In this document: piece by piece, positions 60,749 to 64,000 of the stretch | Layout of the letters: each line of letters begins with the position of its first letter | Numbering within the stretch: the first letter of the stretch is position 1 | Source: Podarcis pityusensis | Taxonomy: Eukaryota | Assembly (NCBI GenBank): GCA_964106645.2 | Contig: OZ067049.1 | Length of the DNA: 64,000 bases | Strand: one strand, 5' to 3' | Translations under genes and position numbers: made by a program | Notes under the pieces: generated by a model | The model's input: the letters and a program-made list of their open reading frames with translations, nothing else | The model's database searches: none | What the model was told of the DNA's origin: nothing

Positions 60749-61954
60749 TTATCATGATCTAAGTGCAGCAGTATCAAAATTGTCATGGTTAAGAAAAGAA
60801 AGGCAAGCTAGTAACTTTTGGAGGCTTATTTGGCTGCCTTAAAGAGGCTCACTTCCCACTCCAGAAACTCTGGCACTGCAGACATGTCCAAAGACAGCCC
60901 TGTGTGGTCACCACTGCTGACCTGGGATGCGTTTGAGCTGGAGGTGCAAATCTCCATATCTCATTACCCTGGAGTCAGCCTGACCCCTCTGCTTCCAGCT
61001 GCCATGTGTATGTGTGTGTGTAGATTTCATTTCTGAAAACAAACAGCAGTTCGAGTTCTTGATTTAAGAAGTAGCTGCCACCTAGAAATCTTGGTTCATA
61101 TATTACCCATAGTCCAAGGCCTAGGGGGTGGGTCACAAACACGTCATTAAAGCCTGAATCTCTTTGGTCAAGAGACTACCTACATTGCCTCATGAGTCTC
61201 ATGTGGACACTATGCTCAATCCACTTGCACAATTCAACTGCAATCCAGATACGTTAAAATCAGTAGGTGTCTTGGCATTGATTTCAGCTAGATATGGAAG
61301 GCAATCTATGAAACCTGAACCCATGACTTTCTAAAGGGTCTGCTCTAGCGTTCTCACAAACTACCAGACTCAAAGAAGTACTATCTGGTTGCAAAACCTA
61401 GAGTCAATTGTGCAAATTAGGTGGTGCTGTATACATCCACTCAAGACTTTCATAATTTATTTGGTTTTGCTCTTCAGGTTTCTAAATAATTTGGATTTTT
61501 GCCCTCACCAGAGATTGCCTGGAATGGGAAGAACATGCAGTGGTTTTAATGGCAATGAATGAGATCTAAAAACTTGCTTTTTAAACTCAAAAATCTACCA
61601 TGATTTATATGCCACATTCTATGCCATTCAGTTGATTTTCTGTTCCTGTGACACATTCCCAGCTGTGCAGAATACACCCAACCCTTGCTCATTCAGTAAC
61701 GTTGAAACCTCAGTGCGAAGGAACCCAATAGGCTCTTGGGAGCCATGTAAATCCTGGGCATTTATAGCAGATGTACACAGAATGCGAGAAAGGCCTAGAC
61801 AACTTCCTGGGAAGATACAAATTTCTCAGGCTACCACTTATTACCATTCACTTAATGAAGCGTTGAGCATCAGTGGAGCTCTGGCCAGTGTTCAAGGAAC
61901 AATCCACCCTTTGATGCAGACACTTTTTCGTTAATTTTAAATCACACACACACA

Positions 61955-62196
61955 CACTGGTACCTCGGGTTATATACGCTTCAGGTTACATACACTTCAG
62001 GTTACAGACTCCACTAACCCAGAAATAGTACCTCGGGTTAAGAACTTTGCTTCAGGATGAGAACAGAAATCGTGCTCCGGCGGTGCGGCGGCAGCGGGAG
62101 GCCTCATTAGCTAAAGTGGTGCTTCAGGTTAAGAACAGTTTCAGGTTAAGAATGGACCTCCAGAATGAATTAAGTACTTAACCTGAGGTACCACTG
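61955..62196. mobile_element. Tigger/pogo-like MITE, inverted relative to 41762-42003
   Basis: Reverse complement of the 41762 copy. Confidence 0.9.
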
Positions 62197-62202
62197 TAGT
62201 AG

Positions 62203-62205
<3 letters not shown>

Positions 62206-62243
<38 letters not shown>

Positions 62244-62578
62244 TATTATTTGTACCCCCGCCCATCTGGCTGGGTTTCCCCAGCCACTTTGGGTGGCTTC
62301 CAACAGAGATTAAAAATACATTAAAACATCAATCATTAAAAGCTTCCCTAAACAGGGCTGCCTTCAGATGTCTTCTAAATGTCAGGTAATTGTTTATCTC
62401 TTTGACATCTTATGGGAAGGCGTTCCACAGGGAAGGCGCCACTACCGAGAAGACCCTCTGCTTGGTTCCCTGTTAACTTGGATTCTCACAGTGAGGGAAC
62501 CACCAGAAGGCCCTCGATGCTGGATCTCAGTGTCTGGGCAGAACGATGGGGGTGGAGACGCTCCTTCAGGTATACTTC
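62206..62578 (-). mobile_element. L2 LINE 3' fragment with (TTA)n tail
   Basis: Close match to 47127-47482. Confidence 0.88.
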
Positions 62579-64000
62579 AGGACAGGACAGATTCCTGTTT
62601 GAAACCCTGAAAAGCCATTGCCGGCCACTGTGCAGACAATGATAAGCTGGAGGAACCATTGGTCTGATTCTTTGTAAGGCAGCTTCCTGAACACATGGGG
62701 ATGTTATCCACATATTTGTTGCAAGAAACATCCTTGCTTTGTAACACATGCATGTGCATATTTGCAGCAATCATGGTTTCCGCACAAAAGGCGGAGGCAT
62801 CCCCATGCAGACTTCAGGGTTAAGAAGCAAGCTCCCAGAGGCATTTTTACGCAACACCATTCTCCAGGGGCCCCATCCTCTGAGCGGGCAGAGCTGCTGC
62901 TTACATTGAGAAGGAGGAGAGATAAACACAGCATGGGGCTTGCTCTGCAAGGGCTATTATCGTTTGCTTTATTTGCCCTGTGTGATCTGAATTCACCCCT
63001 TTGTTTTTGCCAGCATAAAACCAACAGCTGAGAAGAAAAGGTCCTGAGACTGCTAATGCAAACCTCAGAATGTGTATGAAAACAGCTAGAGCAGGAAGAA
63101 AAGAGAAAAGGGCGGCAGCTGGTCGCAGGAGGAGGTGAGAGGTAGGGGAACAAAAAAGCATGACGACAGAGCAGGGTTAGTTATTAAAACAGCCAAGTGA
63201 AACAAGGCATACGCAGGAATAAGCCCCTTGGGGAGATATAAGCAAGCAAGGAAGAAAAATCCCAACAGTGCAGTTTTATGTAACTCTTTCACTGCTAATT
63301 CTTAAGTGCCATCGTCTGCCTGCAGTCCAAACACAGTGACAGCTAAAGTATTTTGCTCTGAGGGATCCCCTCCTCTTTTACTAACTGCACACTGATCTGT
63401 TCCGTTTGGAATGGTTTCACCTGTTTTACAATCCTAAAATGGTGTATTATGTTGTCATAATTCACCTTGGGGCCTTATGGTGAAGGGCAGGTTAAGAAAT
63501 CTTAGAAATAAATAGATTAGGGAACAAGCCATATTGAACATGACGGACTATATTCAGACTTCCCTGTTCATTAACACCAGGGCCCTTGCACTGGCAAACT
63601 GGTGAGCTTTAATGCTTTAACGCAGAGCTATCGAGCACCACAGTTACACTAGCAGAAGCTCATGGTGCAACAGATTGTGCAGCCTGCCAGTTTATGGATT
63701 GTTCTCCCGGTGAAAAAAGATTGCACCAGCGGAACAAATACACAGCTAGGTGACATTAACTTGGGGCGCATCCACACTGCTGCTTTCTCTTGCTCTTCAG
63801 CACTGAATCAGAGGACGCGATTTGCTCCTATCCAGCAGTGAAGATCAGGTTTTCCCGGGGGAAAGCGGTGGGACAAGCGGAAGTCTGGGGGCTCATCCAT
63901 ACCCCCATTTGCCTCGCCACTTTTCCCCAGGAAAACTCCTGGTTTAGCACTGAAGTAGAACAAACAGCAATTAGGTTTTCTTGGGGGGGGGGAGTTGCAG

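Noticed and set aside
47841-64000. PRKAG2 exon 3 or the alternative first exon 3B
   Set aside because: No recognisable coding match was found; these probably lie beyond the window.

Overview
This is vertebrate genomic DNA from a squamate, probably a lacertid lizard (inferred from the Sauria SINE, BovB and CR1 repeat content). The whole window lies inside PRKAG2 (AMPK gamma-2) on the minus strand. Four coding exons with canonical splice sites are clear: exon 4 (47629-47840), exon 6 (5078-5187), exon 7 (3256-3337) and exon 8 (737-795), numbered by human homology. Exon 5 most likely starts at 19394 in an internal CpG island and runs into a 200-N assembly gap. The introns are rich in transposable elements: a near full-length CR1 LINE (intact ORF1; ORF2 broken by a single 1-bp deletion), L1/L2/BovB/RTE fragments, Sauria SINEs, hAT and Tc1/mariner MITEs, and two solo LTRs with target-site duplications (TSDs). 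The two most notable observations are (i) a perfectly phased U_UUA_AAC -1 slippery heptamer at the CR1 ORF1/ORF2 junction and (ii) three SINEs with different tRNA heads (Asn, Ile, Lys) fused to the same CR1 3' tail. Most ORFs in the supplied track are spurious.
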